Source of the DNA: Octopus sinensis
Taxonomy: Eukaryota
Reading direction: 5' to 3'
DNA length: 64,000 bases
Assembly: GCF_006345805.1 (NCBI RefSeq)
Contig: NC_043020.1
Coordinates: forward strand, 19,716,001 to 19,780,000
The first letter of the stretch is position 1, and each line of letters begins with the position of its first letter. Shown here one piece after another: positions 12,396 through 25,542 of the stretch. Below the pieces are notes generated by a model that was not told the DNA's origin, ran no database searches, and saw nothing but the letters and a program-made list of their open reading frames with translations. A program made the position numbers and the translations under genes.

Positions 12396-15160
12396 TCAAA
12401 GGTCGTGCTTCACCACCTCATCCCAGGTTTTCCTGGGTCTACCTCTTCCACAGGTTCCCTCAACTGCTAGGGTGTAGCACTTTTGCACACAACTATCTTC
12501 AGCCATTCTCGTCACATGACCATACCAATGCAGCCGTCTCTCTTGCACACCACAACTGATGCTTCTTAGGTTCAACTTTTCTCTCAAGGTACTTACACTC
12601 TGTCGATTATGAACACTGACATTACACATCCATCGGAGCATACTGGCTTCATTTCTTGCGAGCTTACGCATATCTTCAGCAGTCACGGCCCATGTTTCAC
12701 TACCATGTAGCATAGCTGTACGTACACATGCATCATACAGTCTGCCTTTTACTCTGAGCGAGAGGCCTTTTGTCACCAGCAGGGGTAAGAGCTCTCTAAA
12801 CTTTGCCCAGGCTATTCTTACTCTAGCAGTTACACTTTCGGCACACCCACCCCCGCTACTGACTTGGTCTCCTAGGTAGTGGAAGCTATCAACTACTTCT
12901 AGTTTGTCTCCCTGGAACGTGGTAGAAGTTGGTCTCTGCACATTTCCAGTGTTTATTGCTCCTGAGCATCTGCCACAGACAAAAACTATTTTCCTAGTTA
13001 GCCTTCCTTTGACATTGCTGCACCTCTTATGTGTCCATAGCTTACACTTGGTGCACCTTATAGAGTTTCTACCTATACCTTTTTTACAGATCGAGCAGGG
13101 CCATCTACCTGAAGTCGTTTGTGATTGGTCCACCTTCCTACTTATTAGGACTTTGGTTTTGGCTAGGTTGATTCTAAGGCCCTTCGATTCTAATCCTTGT
13201 TTCCACACCTGAAACTTCTCCTCCAGTTCTGATAGTGACTCAGCAATTAGAGCAAGGTCATCAGCATAGAGAAGCTCCCAGGGGCATCCTGTCTTGAATT
13301 CCTCCGTTATTGCCTGGAGGACTATGATAAATAGGAGGGAACTGAGGACTGAACCTTGGTGGGCCCCAACCTCTACCCGGAATTCTTCACTGTACTCGTT
13401 GCCAACCCTCACCTTACTAGTAGCGTCTCTGTACATGGCTTGCACAGCTCTCACTATCCATTCATCTATCCCTAGTTTCCTCATTGACCACCAGATAAGG
13501 GATCGGGGGACCCTGTCGAAGGCTTTCTCCATGTCAACAAAAGCCAGGTACAAGGGCTTATCTTTGGCTAGGTATTTCTCCTGCAGCTGTCTTACCAGGA
13601 ATATAGCATCAGTAGTACTTTTCCCTGGCACGAACCCAAACTGCATCTCATCTAAGCTAACTCTCTCTCTAATTAATTGGGCTATAACTCTCTCCGTAAC
13701 CTTCATTAGCTGATCCAGCAGCTTGATGCCCCTGTAGTTATTTGTATCTAGGGCGTCACCTTTACCTTTGTAGCAGTTGACTATTATGCTGCTACACCAG
13801 TCATTGGGTATGACTCCTTCGTGTATCACCTGGTTAACTATACGGGTGACTATGCTATAGCCGACACTACCAGATATTTTGAGCATCTCTGCAGTAATTC
13901 CTGATGGGCCTGGGACTTTCCCTGTTTTCATGCTTCTAATTGCCTTAACTACTAAGGAACTCTTAACTCGGATTGCTGGTCCCTCTGTTGGGTCGACATT
14001 CGGCAGACTCTCTTTATCCCATTCATTTTCCTCATTCAGCAACCTTTCATAGTGGCGTCTCCAAGCCTCTCTCTTTGCATCCTCATTTAGCGCAAGTGAA
14101 CCGTCATCCTTGCGAACACATTTCTCTCCTACCACGTCATGATTCCCTCTCACACAGTCTTGCAACACGAAATACCTCAAGTCTTTCATCCTCACGGTGC
14201 AGAACATTGGCAAATTTTTTCTTATCTGCTTCCCCTCTGGCTAGATAGACCTGCCCTAGCTTCCCTTCTGGCAGTCTGATACACTTCCCCCTGCTACCAC
14301 CGTTCTTCCGGCCTTCCAAGCCTGTTTCTTTTGTCTAATAGCCCTGTCAACAATATTGTTCCACCACCACGTTAGTTTGGGTCTTAAGGGGACTTTGCAC
14401 CAGCCACAGATCTGGTCAGTGGCTTTCAGCAGGTTGTCCCTCAGAAGCGTCCAGTTGTCTTCTACCCCATGCATAGCTATACCCCTTCCATTTCATCAAA
14501 GGCTTCAAGTAACATGTCTCTAAATCTCTGTCCATTCACAGGGTCTTTAAGCTTCCAGACCCTTCTTCTCCATGTTGGTTTGTCTTCTAGTCGCCCTCTT
14601 AGTCCTGATCCTAAAGTCACTAACTACCATCTATGTTTGGGGTGCATTCTTCGCCTGGGAAGGTTTTGGCATTTATAAGCAGCCATCTTTCCCTTTTTCT
14701 GGCAAGGATGTAGTCGATTTGGCTAGTATGCCGGCCTGATCGGTAGGTGACCAGGTGGCTTGTCGGTTTCCTGAAGTTAGTGTTGCAAACTATAAGACTA
14801 TTCGCATCGCAGAACTCCAGCAGCCTGGTTCCCTCCTCGTTGCGGGAACCATAACCGTAGCCTCCATGTACGCCATGGAAGCCCCCAGCATGTCGTCCAA
14901 CATGCCCATTGAAATCACCAGCCACAAAGAGAAGGTCCCTGTCGTTCGTCAATGAGGTGGTCTGCAGTAGGGTGTCATAGAAACTGTCTTTCTGTCCATC
15001 GGGTAGCTCTGGCTGAGGGGCATAGGCCGATATAATGGTTGCTAATCTATTATGAAGCACTATTCTAATCTTAAGTATTCTGTCACTTACTCTGATTACC
15101 TCAATTACTTTATCTACCCATTTCTCAGCGATAAGTATACCCACGCCACCAACTCCGTCA
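12396..15160 (-). pseudogene. RTE ORF2 (APE + RT + PHD-like finger), frameshifted into several ORFs
   Basis: ORFs 14620-15318 (part), 14256-14474 and 12396-14213 join into one LINE ORF2; YADD at 13257-13268. Confidence 0.92.
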
Positions 15161-15187
15161 ATATATATATATATGTATGCATGTATG

Positions 15188-15228
<41 letters not shown>

Positions 15229-15247
15229 TATATTATATATATATATA

Positions 15248-15281
<34 letters not shown>

Positions 15282-15367
15282 TATTAGAGACAAAACCACT
15301 ATTTTGCAAAACAAACAAGGAAAGACTTAATCAATACATAAAATTTTAATAAATATCAAAAAAACCG

Positions 15368-15409
15368 CCACTACAATCGTTTCTTGTCTTGATCGACAAT
15401 CTCAGGTGG
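15368..15409 (-). ncRNA. Hammerhead motif, left arm (1-nt deletion in core)
   Basis: Minus strand CCAC-CTGAGA-TTGTC-GATCAA-GACAA-GAAAC-GATT-GTA-GTGG. Confidence 0.65.
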
Positions 15410-17309
15410 ACTTCCAATCTAAAAAATCAATATTTTAAAATATAAAAAAAATAATAATTTAAAATAATTAAAGTATGAATGAAAAAATATAAGTATATAA
15501 TCCATATATAACCTATCTATAATCCATATATAATCAATATATAAACAATATATAAACTAAAAAACTTATCAACAATTAAATATAAAATATAAAATATAAA
15601 ATATAAAATATAAAATATAAAACAACAAAAAAAATAATAATAATATAATAATAACCTATATATACACCCATACTCATATACCTATTATATATAACCATAT
15701 CTAACTACATACACTAAATCACACACCTTATATATATCCCTATACATATACATAAAAATGTCTAGGCAACTATAAAATAAAATAGCTAAATACTTCAACA
15801 CAATACTTATTCATACTCCCACACACACACACATACAACCCACATTCACGCTCTAGAAAACGGACATCACTCAAAACTATGAACGGAGAAATGGAATAAT
15901 GGAATTAAAAATTATATTTCACTTGGTAAAACGAACACTACTTAAAAATTATGAATGAAACAATGCAACAAAACAACAGACATCGCAAATAGACACAAAA
16001 TACTACAAATTCATTATCAAACCTACCATGATAACCAAACTCATAAAAACATATAATGATAAATCTCCCTTTACTAAACTCTATAACAAACCTATATAGC
16101 AATCCCCCTAACCTAAACATTCACACACAAATACACACACGTAAACCACACACCACGACATATACAAATACCCACACCACTTACACATACCAATACATAC
16201 ATATAAACCTCAACATATACTCCAAAAACCCACTCAACCCCACACAGACAAATAAACACAAAAATTATGAATGATTCTTTTATAAAACTACCATGATAAG
16301 CTAAAACTCACAAAACAGAAATGATAAAACCTCCCTTTACTAACACTAAAACATACTTATATAGCAATTCCTTAACCTATACATTCACACACCACACCAC
16401 TCGTAAACCACACACCCATAACAAATACAAACTCCCCCCACTCACACACCCACAAGTACTATAAGCCTCAACATATACACCAAACAAAATTACTTTACCA
16501 AGGAACTTAACATATATATAAAAAGTATAACCGCTCTGGAAACGAACATCTCTAAATTAATGAATGGAGAAATGGAATAAATGGAATTAAAAATAAATTC
16601 ACGTGGCAAAACGAACACCACTAGGTTAGGGGGATTGCTATATAGGTTTGTTATAGAGTTTAGTAAAGGGAGATTTTATCATTATATGTTTTTATGAGTT
16701 TTGGTTATCATGGTAGGTTTGATAATGAATTTGTAGTATTTTGGTGTCTATTTGCGATGTCTGTTGTTTTATTGCATTGTTTCATTCATAATTTTTAAGT
16801 AGTGTTCGTTTTACCAAGTGAATATAATTTTTAGTTCCATTTATTCCATTTCTCCGTTCATAGTTTTGAGTGATGTCCGTTTTCTAGAGCGTGATGTGGG
16901 TTGTATGTGTGTGTGGTGTGGGAGTATGAATAAGTATTGTGTTGAAGTATTTAGCTATTTTATTTATTTATAGTTGCCTAGACATTTTTATGTGTATGTA
17001 TGGGATATATATAGGTTGTGTGATTTAGTGTATGTAGTTAGATATGGTTATATATATTAGGTATAGTGTATGGGTGTATATATAGTTTATTTATTTATTA
17101 TTATTTTTTTTGTTTTGTTTAATTTTATATTTTATATTTTATATTTAATTGTTGATAAGTTTTTTTAGTTTTATATTGTTTATATTGATTATATATGGAT
17201 TATAGATAGGTTATATATGGATTATATACTTATATTTTTTCATTCATACTTTAATTATTTTAAAATTATTATTTTTATATTTTAAATATTGATTTTTTAG
17301 ATTGGAAGT

Positions 17310-17351
17310 CCACCTGAAGATTGTCGATCAAGACAAGAACGATTGTAGTGG
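17310..17351 (+). ncRNA. Hammerhead motif, right arm (1-nt deletion in GAAA)
   Basis: CCAC-CTGAAGA-TTGTC-GATCAA-GACAA-GAAC-GATT-GTA-GTGG. Confidence 0.65.
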
Positions 17352-17549
17352 CGGTTTTTTTGACTATTTATTAAAATTTTATGTATTGATTAAGTCTTCC
17401 TTGTTTGTTTTGCAAAATAGTGGTTTGGTCTCTAATAATATTTTAATATTTTACTATAAAATCGATTTAATCCTAAATCTGATTTTTTTTTCCCTGTAAA
17501 TTTGGATTTATTCCCTAATATTTATTATTATATATATATATATATATAC

Positions 17550-17582
<33 letters not shown>

Positions 17583-17589
17583 TGTATGT

Positions 17590-17800
17590 ATATGTATTTG
17601 TGTGTCTGTGTTTGTTGCCCCACCATCGCTTGACGACCGATGTTGGTGTTTTTATGTCCCCATAACTTAGCGGTTTGGCAGAAAGACTGATAGTATAAAT
17701 ACTAGGCTTACAAAGAATAAGACCTGGGGTCAATTTGTTTGACTAAAGGTGGTGCTCCAGCATGACTGCACTCAAATGACTGAAACAAGTAAAAGAATAA
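17590..17800 (+). mobile_element. SINE family A tail half
   Basis: CATCGCTTGACGACCGATGTTGG...GGTGCTCCAGCATG...GAAACAAGTAAAAG. Confidence 0.8.
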
Positions 17801-17819
17801 AAGAATAAAAAATATATGT

Positions 17820-18156
17820 ATAGTGGTAAGTAGCTTTCTTAACCAACCACATGGTTCCAGGTTCATTTCCACTGCGTGGCACCTTGGGCAAGTGTCTTTT
17901 ACTATAGCCTCTGGCTGACCAAAGTCTCGTGAGTGAATTTGGTAGACAGAAACTGAAAGAAGCCCATCATATATATGTATGTATATATATATATATATCA
18001 TCATCGTCATTTAACGTCCGCTTTCCATGCTAGCATGGGTTGGACAATTTGACTGAGGACTGGCAAACCAGATGGCTGCACCAGGCTCCAATCTTGATTT
18101 GGCAGAGTTTCTACAGCTGGATGCCCTTCCTAATGCCAACCACTCCGAGAGTGTGA

Positions 18157-18219
<63 letters not shown>

Positions 18220-18460
18220 GTATTTATATATATGTATGTGTATGTGTGTGTATATGTTTGTGAGTCTGTGTTTGTCCCCCCAACATAGCTTGACAACCAA
18301 TGCCGGTGTGTTAACGTCCTTGTAACTTAGCGGTTTGCCAAAAGAGACTGATAGAATAAGTATTAGGCTTAGAAAGAATAAGTCCTGGGGTTGATTTGCT
18401 TGACTAAAGGCAGTGCTCCAGCATGACCACAGTCAAATCACTGAAACAAATAAAAGAGAA
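17820..18460 (+). mobile_element. SINE family A interrupted by an RTE 3' tail (17998-18155)
   Basis: Head 17820-17970 and tail 18250-18460, with the RTE tail inserted in the central (TA)n. Confidence 0.8.
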
Positions 18461-19039
18461 AAAAAAAGAGATACATATACACGTATGTATAGAAAGTGAG
18501 AGAGAGAGAGAGATAAAGAGGTGTAGAGCATATCTTCCATATAATAAAATGCAATGGATGAAGAAGGGTGAAACAACAAATGAAGTGTAGAATGAGTGAC
18601 ACCCAGGGACGCTAAGTGCAGGAGAACTGCAGTAGAAGATATTTTAATCAAAATAAAATGGCAAAATTTTATCATGAATTGTATTTAGTTTATCAGTTTC
18701 AGACACACACACATATATATATATATAAATATAGATAATAAACTGAATGTCAGACTCTTTCATTTTCAAAATATTTTGGCCTTTTCCAAGAAAAGAGTAA
18801 CATATTTTACAGATTTCATTGGTCTAAGAAATGTAAAGAAACGTGTTAGCATGCACACACTTTTCACACACTCACACACACAAACAAGCACACATGTATA
18901 TGTATGCAAATGGATAGGTGTATATAAATAAGTATGTATATGTATGAGTGTATACATACATACAGACACAGACACATGAACATAGAGAGAGAGAGAGAGA
19001 GTGACAAGGAGAGACAGAAATAAATGAATATCTATGTAT

Positions 19040-19425
19040 TCTTTTTCTTTTATTCTTTTACTTGTTTCAATCATTTGACTGCGGCCATGCAGGAGCACCA
19101 CCGTTAGTTGAAGAAATCAACCCCAGGACTGAATTTTTGTAAGCTTAGTACTTATTCTATCAGTCTCTTTTACCAAACTGCTAAGTTACAGGGATGTAAA
19201 AACAGCAGCATTGGTTGTCAAGTGATAGTGGGGGGGGGGGGGAGCAAACAAAGATATTTTTATGTGTGTGTGTATGACAGCTTCTTTCAGTCTCTGCCAA
19301 ATCCACTCACAAGGCTTTGGTCAGCCCAGGGCTATAGCAGAAGACACTATCCCAAGGTGCCACACAGTGGGACTGAACCAGGAACCATATGGTTGGGAAG
19401 CAAGCTTTTTACCACACAGCCATGC
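19040..19425 (-). mobile_element. SINE family A
   Basis: Reverse-complement head and tail. Confidence 0.8.
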
Positions 19426-19432
19426 CATATAT

Positions 19433-19479
<47 letters not shown>

Positions 19480-20026
19480 TGTGTGTGCAATATATATATA
19501 TATATGCATGTGTGCACATCTCCTTACTTTGACATCAGGCAATGGTAGTAAGCAAGTGTCACTGTCATGCAAGAGGTATTCTTCCTTTCCAATCAGCCTG
19601 TAAACATGGATGGGCATGGTGAAATATTACTGGAAAATAGGTGAGGGTTGGTGACAGGAATGGCATCTAATCATACAAAATGTGTCTGATTCATGCCAAA
19701 ATGGAAAAGTTGATGATTCATGTATGTGTGTGTGTGTGCGTGCGCGTGTGTGTGTGTGTGTGTATAGATAGATAGATAGCTACACACACATACATATATA
19801 TATCTTAACGTTTGTGTGTGTGTGTGTATTATGGGGGCTGATATTTTCAGCTGAGATGTTCCAACAATATCTGATTCTTCAAGTGCTTCAATTCTGTATA
19901 TATACATATATCTACTAGATTGCCAACATTTATAAATGATTTCTCTCATTTTTATAATATTATATTCCATCATTAATGAAACTGTCAGGTACGCTGATAT
20001 ATATGTATATAATTATATATATATAA

Positions 20027-20312
20027 TGCCAGCACAGCCTGACTGGTGTCCGTGTCAGTGACACGTAAACAGCACCAGCCGATCGTGGCCATTTGCCAGC
20101 CTCCTCTGGCCCCTGTGCCGGTGGCATGTAAAAAGCACCCACTACACTCACGGAGTGGTTGGTGTTAGAAAGGGCATCCAGCTGTAGAAACACTGCCAGA
20201 TCAAGATTGAAGCCTGGCGCAGCCTCCTGGCTTTCCAGACCCCGGTCAAACCGTCCAACCCATGCTAGCATGGAAAACAGACGTTAAACGATGATGATGA
20301 TGATGATGATGA
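20027..20312 (+). mobile_element. RTE 3' tail copy
   Basis: GGAGTGGTTGGTGTTAGAAAGGGCATCCAGCTGTAGAAAC...GTTAAACGATGATG matches 11711-11900. Confidence 0.85.
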
Positions 20313-22193
20313 TATGCACTACACCTGTTTATCTCTCTCCTCTACTCCCCAACATTATCATCATTACTGCCCTATAACTAGCATCTCTGTAGCCTCTCTA
20401 ACTTAAACACCCGTTCTCCAATCTTTACAAATTGCAGATGTTGCCTATCTCCCTCTCTCACTAGACCTATCTCTTCCCTCATACACTCTTGCAAACCTCC
20501 ATCCCTCCACCCAGTACTGCTTTTGCTACCTGAGGTGCCACTTGGATACCTCATCGCTATTGTCTATCTCCTTGGAGATACCTCTAATTCATTCTGTCTC
20601 TCCTAGATGTGAGTAGCCGTGTAGCTCCTTTACAACAAGAATCTGCTCTTAACCCCCATTTAGCATACAAATGCAATTTCCTCGCTCCCTGGGGTTGTTG
20701 GCTTACAAGCTACAGGGTGACCTCAATAGTGTAAGTAGCACAAAAAAGCACTCAGTACACACTGTGAAGTGGTTGGTGTTAGGAAGGGCATCCGGCCATA
20801 GAAACCATGCCAAAGCTGACACTGGAGTATGATAAAGTCTCTGAACTCACTGGATCCTTTTCAAACTGTCCAACCTAATGTAAACAAGAAATGTGGATGT
20901 TAAAAAGATGATGATGATGATAATTGTGATGATATATATATATATATATATATGTACAGGTGGGGAAATAAACATCAGAGATGCTTTACTTCATGCTGAA
21001 GGTGCAGTAGCTGCATAATTGATGTTGCAAGCTCTTTTCGTTATCGTGACTAAATTTATCTCTTTGTCAGAAACCTTTTTTTATCTTCAGCAGGTATCTC
21101 GGGATCACAAGTGTTTCACCTCTTGGTCTGTATGCATTGTGTGATTGAGACAACAAGGATCAAAATAAGCTTCTAAGCAGTTTCCATTTACCAAATTGAC
21201 CCACAAAGTATTGGTCGGCCCAGGGCTATAGTAAAAGATGCTGACTTAAGCCTAAACACATAGACAGTGCTCTCTCAGTACTATAACACGCTCAATAAAC
21301 TCACCTCAAAATATCATAAACAAGCAAAATAGAATAACACAAGAACCGATAAAATAAACACCCACAACAACACAGAAAATTAGATTTAATACAACTTTCT
21401 TAGCACATTAAAAGACAATACTTTGTACACCAATGAAAACCAGAGGATATCTTCACATGATCATTCTAATTGCTTGAAACAGCAGTCAAATCTTCTTTAA
21501 ATTACACCTTAATTTAAGCAAGATTTAACTGCTGCTAAATTACACATCTTGAAAAGGATGGGATACATTGGATAATGAGTCCTAGTTGTGGTGCACCTGA
21601 GCACTGCATACAATAATTTCATTATATATTATATATATACAAGGCCTGAGAGAAAGTAAGGATAGTTATGGCTTGAGTTATTTTTTATAAGAAATTCCCT
21701 TGATCAGGATTGACCTAGAGTTAAGCAGCAGCAACAACAACAACAACACTGAAAACAAGTTAACAATGGAATCTCTATGTGGGATGAGGAATGATCTGCT
21801 AGAAATAGCATCTAAATTTCCCTCAAAACCACATTCTGCTGTCTCAAATACAGGATACATCAGCCAATATTGTCACTAGATAAAAACAAAAGCATGGGGT
21901 GGTCACAGCTTGAATAGCTTTGGTTCTAGACCAGTTCCATCAGGGCTGACCTGGGGCTAAACTATGATATAAAATGTTAAATACTATTTTAGTATAGTAT
22001 TTTTTTTTTGCAAAATATTCAAGTTAATGTTATCAACTCACCAGTGCTGTTGTAGTTGTTGTTGTTGTTGTTGTTGTTGCAGTAGTGTCAAACAGCCTTC
22101 AGGCTGGACACCAGTGAGATATGTCTTGCACACATGCAATGGGATCCTCCTCTGATCGGATAATGTGTTCAACTATTTTTAGCAGATTCACTA

Positions 22194-22229
<36 letters not shown>

Positions 22230-22583
22230 AAATATACAAATGCATAAACATACACAGTCTGTCAGTTCCCCCCCTCCCCAAACACTCATATACACTGTTT
22301 CACATATGCACACACACGTCACACACACACACTCATACACACACAATTAGTGTAGGAAACATTACCAGAAGCAGCTGCAGCAATAATGTTTGCGTACACT
22401 CTTCTATATTTCTTTCCTTATTTTTATGGTTTTTGTTTTTCTTTTTACTGTTTTCAAATTGAGAATCATAAATTATTTTGCTCTGCTTTGATTGGTTGTT
22501 TGGTTGGTGAGGGAGGGAGGGAGGGAGGGAGGGGAAAAGGTGATGGGGGATGGCAGTGCTGATGGTGGTGCTGGTGGCAGAAG

Positions 22584-22592
22584 TTGCTGTTG

Positions 22593-22624
<32 letters not shown>

Positions 22625-22755
22625 GGTGGGTTGGGGTTGGGGGTGGTGGAGGCGTGGGCGGTGGCGGTGGTGGTGGTGGTGGCGGCGGCGGCGGCGGTGG
22701 TGGTGGTGGTGGTGGTGGCGGTGGCGGCGGTGGTGGGTTGGGGGTGGTGGTAATG
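22584..22755. repeat. Compound (GTT)n/(GGT)n/(GGC)n microsatellite
   Basis: Seen directly. Confidence 0.9.
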
Positions 22756-23489
22756 GCGGTGGCAGTAATTATGGCGCTGCTGCCAGTCACTGCAAAACCA
22801 TAAATCTCTAGAAATCAGTAAATCTTTCTTTCAGAATCTCGGAAACAATGAGGAAGAACACATGCGAAGGGAACATTTCATTTCAGGAATCTCATTTGCT
22901 GCCTCTCCTTCCTTCTTTTTTTCTTTCTTTTCGTCTTTCCTTTTCTTTTTCTTTTTTTTTATTTTACCCTTTTTCTTTTTCTTTCCGGGTCATTTTTGTT
23001 GTAAAACCAGTCTTGACCAATTACTGACCAACAACAAACTGCACATCCATTACCACCTGTTTCACCAGTTGGAGTAAAAACATCTACACACATGAGATGA
23101 ACATATAATTGATAAAGGCTTGTTGTTGACGTTCTTGATGTTGTTGATAGGAGTAGTAGTCATAGTGGTGGTGGTGGTGGTGATGTTCGTGTTGTTGCCG
23201 TAATTGCTTAGTTGCTGTTGTTTCCTTGAATTTGCTGTAGTAATTGGAGATCTTGAACCTGTTTTGGTTGTTGTACTTCTTGTTATTGTTGTTGTTGTTG
23301 TTAGGTAGCCCCTAGCCAGAGGTTATTATGCTTGCCTTCCTTTTTACCTAAGACAATAGAGATTTGAGATTTGTAGGGGCTGTTTGACTGCCATTTCTTG
23401 CAGGAATGAGATGGGCTAGTTTGGAAATGTTTCCATGTCTTGCTGTCCAAAGTGAATAAAAATAAAACCCAGATCATACAAGGCTATCT

Positions 23490-23860
23490 TTTATCTTTTA
23501 CCTTTTTCTTGTATCAGTCATTGGACTATGGCCATGCTGGAGCACCACCTCGAATAGTGTTAGTTGAATGAATTGATCTTTAGTACTTTAAGTTTTTTTT
23601 CTATAAACATCACACTAGGTTGCGGGGATGTAAACAAACCAGCACTGGTTGTTTAGTGGTGGTGGTGGGTGACACACACACACACATACACATACTCAAC
23701 AGAGTTCAAGACAGTTTCAATCTACCATATTTGTTCACAAGTCATTAGTCAGCCTAGGGCTATAGTGGAAGTGACTTGTTCATGATGCTACACAATTGGA
23801 TTGAACTGAAAACCATGTGGTTGCAAAGTTAGCTTCTTAACCACACAGCATGCTTGAGTC
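23490..23860 (-). mobile_element. SINE family A, diverged
   Basis: Reverse-complement tail and head motifs. Confidence 0.7.
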
Positions 23861-24399
23861 TGTGCTATAAAAACAGTTCTTTATAAAAAAAGACTTTCAA
23901 ACTCACCTGTTGTAAAAGCATCTAATTTAAAGATGAGAGAGTTTAGGTTAGGGTTAGATTAATATCGAAAACACTTTTCTGTGCAATTGTGAGGTGCTGG
24001 ATTTGTTTCCAGGGTTTAGAAAGTATGTTTCACCGTAAGCCTCCATACTTACTCCAACCCTTTTGAGTGAAACTGGACACAAAGAAACAATGGAAACCTA
24101 TCAGATGGACTGAACCTTTAAGTCAAAGAGCCACTCCTGTAACCCATATGTCATGAAGAAGGGGACATTTGCTTTGTTTGGATTTTTCTTCTTTTCCCTC
24201 TCCTTCTTCTTTTTTGGCATATCTTTTTTTTTTATGCTCATCCAATCAAATAATCCATAAAGCTGATTATCATATGCCTCATAAATACACTATTAAACTA
24301 CAAATTCCCCACTAAAAATACATAAAGTCTTAAAAAAAAGATTTCCAGTGAGAAGAACCTAATGACTGATAAAATTTGCTGTCATTATCAACCTTCTCT

Positions 24400-24430
<31 letters not shown>

Positions 24431-24431
24431 A

Positions 24432-24580
24432 TCATCCTCATCATTTAATGTCTGTTGTCCATGCTGGCCTTGGCTGGACAGCTTGACCAGAACTGACAAG
24501 TTGGGGAGCTGCACCAGACACCAGTCTGATTTGGCATAGTTTCTGTGGTTGGATGCCCTTCCTAATGCCAACCACTACAC
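24432..24580 (-). mobile_element. RTE 3' tail copy
   Basis: GGATGCCCTTCCTAATGCCAACCAC motif. Confidence 0.75.
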
Positions 24581-25486
24581 ACACACACATTTGTTATACT
24601 GTATGCTATAAGATATAGACTCTACCCCTGACTGCACATAAACATCTTATTTGGTGGATAGGAAAAGTGGGATCAGCCGGACTGGTTTCACACATATGGG
24701 GAGGATCTTATCAGTGATTGATGAAGTTATGAAAGCATGAGTTTAATTCATCAGTTTTCTGCAGATATCTGATTGAGACGAGTGCATTCATGCCTTTGAA
24801 AAACTTTGTGTAATAACAATGTGAGCCATTAACTGCCTAATCTAACATCATTGTCGATGTCCTCCTCCTCCAGTCAGGCAATCCACCTGGAATAATGCAC
24901 CTCTTCCACATCAGATGTCCCTATTAAGTGATGCTGCATAAATGTCTAGCCTAGGTTTTAATCACATTGATACCTTTTGATATCTGAAACATCTCATCTA
25001 CACATGCTGCAGTTACAGATGATAGCATTGGTTTGCTAACTGCACTGGTTGATTCTGGTCATTTGCAGTTTGTTCAGCCACTCAGCATCTAGTAATATTC
25101 ACCATTGACAAATAAGATACATTTGCCAAATCAGTTAACATTCACCATATTCCATCCCATGATTTCAACATATGGCTCAGGTGTTACATGCTATTAAACT
25201 CATTGCTAGAACTCTGACCTACTCAGAGTGAGAATAGATCTGAGAACAATAGTGGCCAAGAGGTGGTCCCACATTCTTCAAAACCTTGGAACTTCAAAAC
25301 AAGGATGCAGTTTAAAACCATTAACTGCCTCACCTTATTTAGCGTATTGCATAAAATGCCAAATATATTCTGTATATTATGACAGCACTTTGACAATACT
25401 ACTGGGAGTCAAGGTCTCAATAATTATACGTACACAAACTCACACATTATAAATGTAATAATTAATTGTAACAGAAATGTGTTTCT

Positions 25487-25542
25487 CTAGTGAATTTCAG
25501 GTAGACATCATCAAGAAGTGATCGCCATCTTCTTCAGTTAAT
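25487..25542 (-). ncRNA. Possible decayed hammerhead motif
   Basis: Minus strand CTGAAGA-AG...CT-GAAA-TTC; stem I is weak. Confidence 0.3.

Larger units (their letters stand above)
11711..15160 (-). mobile_element. RTE-clade LINE, 5'-truncated, with 3' UTR and (ATG)n tail
   Basis: APE endonuclease (GDFNGHVG, IDYIL), RT (YRGIKLL, QFGF, DMEKAFD, YADD) and RTE C-terminus (LHWYGHV...GRGRPRKTW); (TA)n on both sides. Confidence 0.95.
15274..17445. mobile_element. ~830-bp inverted repeat pair (PLE pseudo-LTR-like) with a ~500-bp spacer
   Basis: 15274-16115 is the reverse complement of 16622-17445; the spacer holds diverged direct copies of arm sequence; each arm carries a hammerhead. Confidence 0.8.

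Noticed and set aside
24660-25430. Possible ancient non-LTR element fragment, with a CTGATAA...GAAACCAGTC motif
   Set aside because: Too degraded to assign by eye; stem II does not pair
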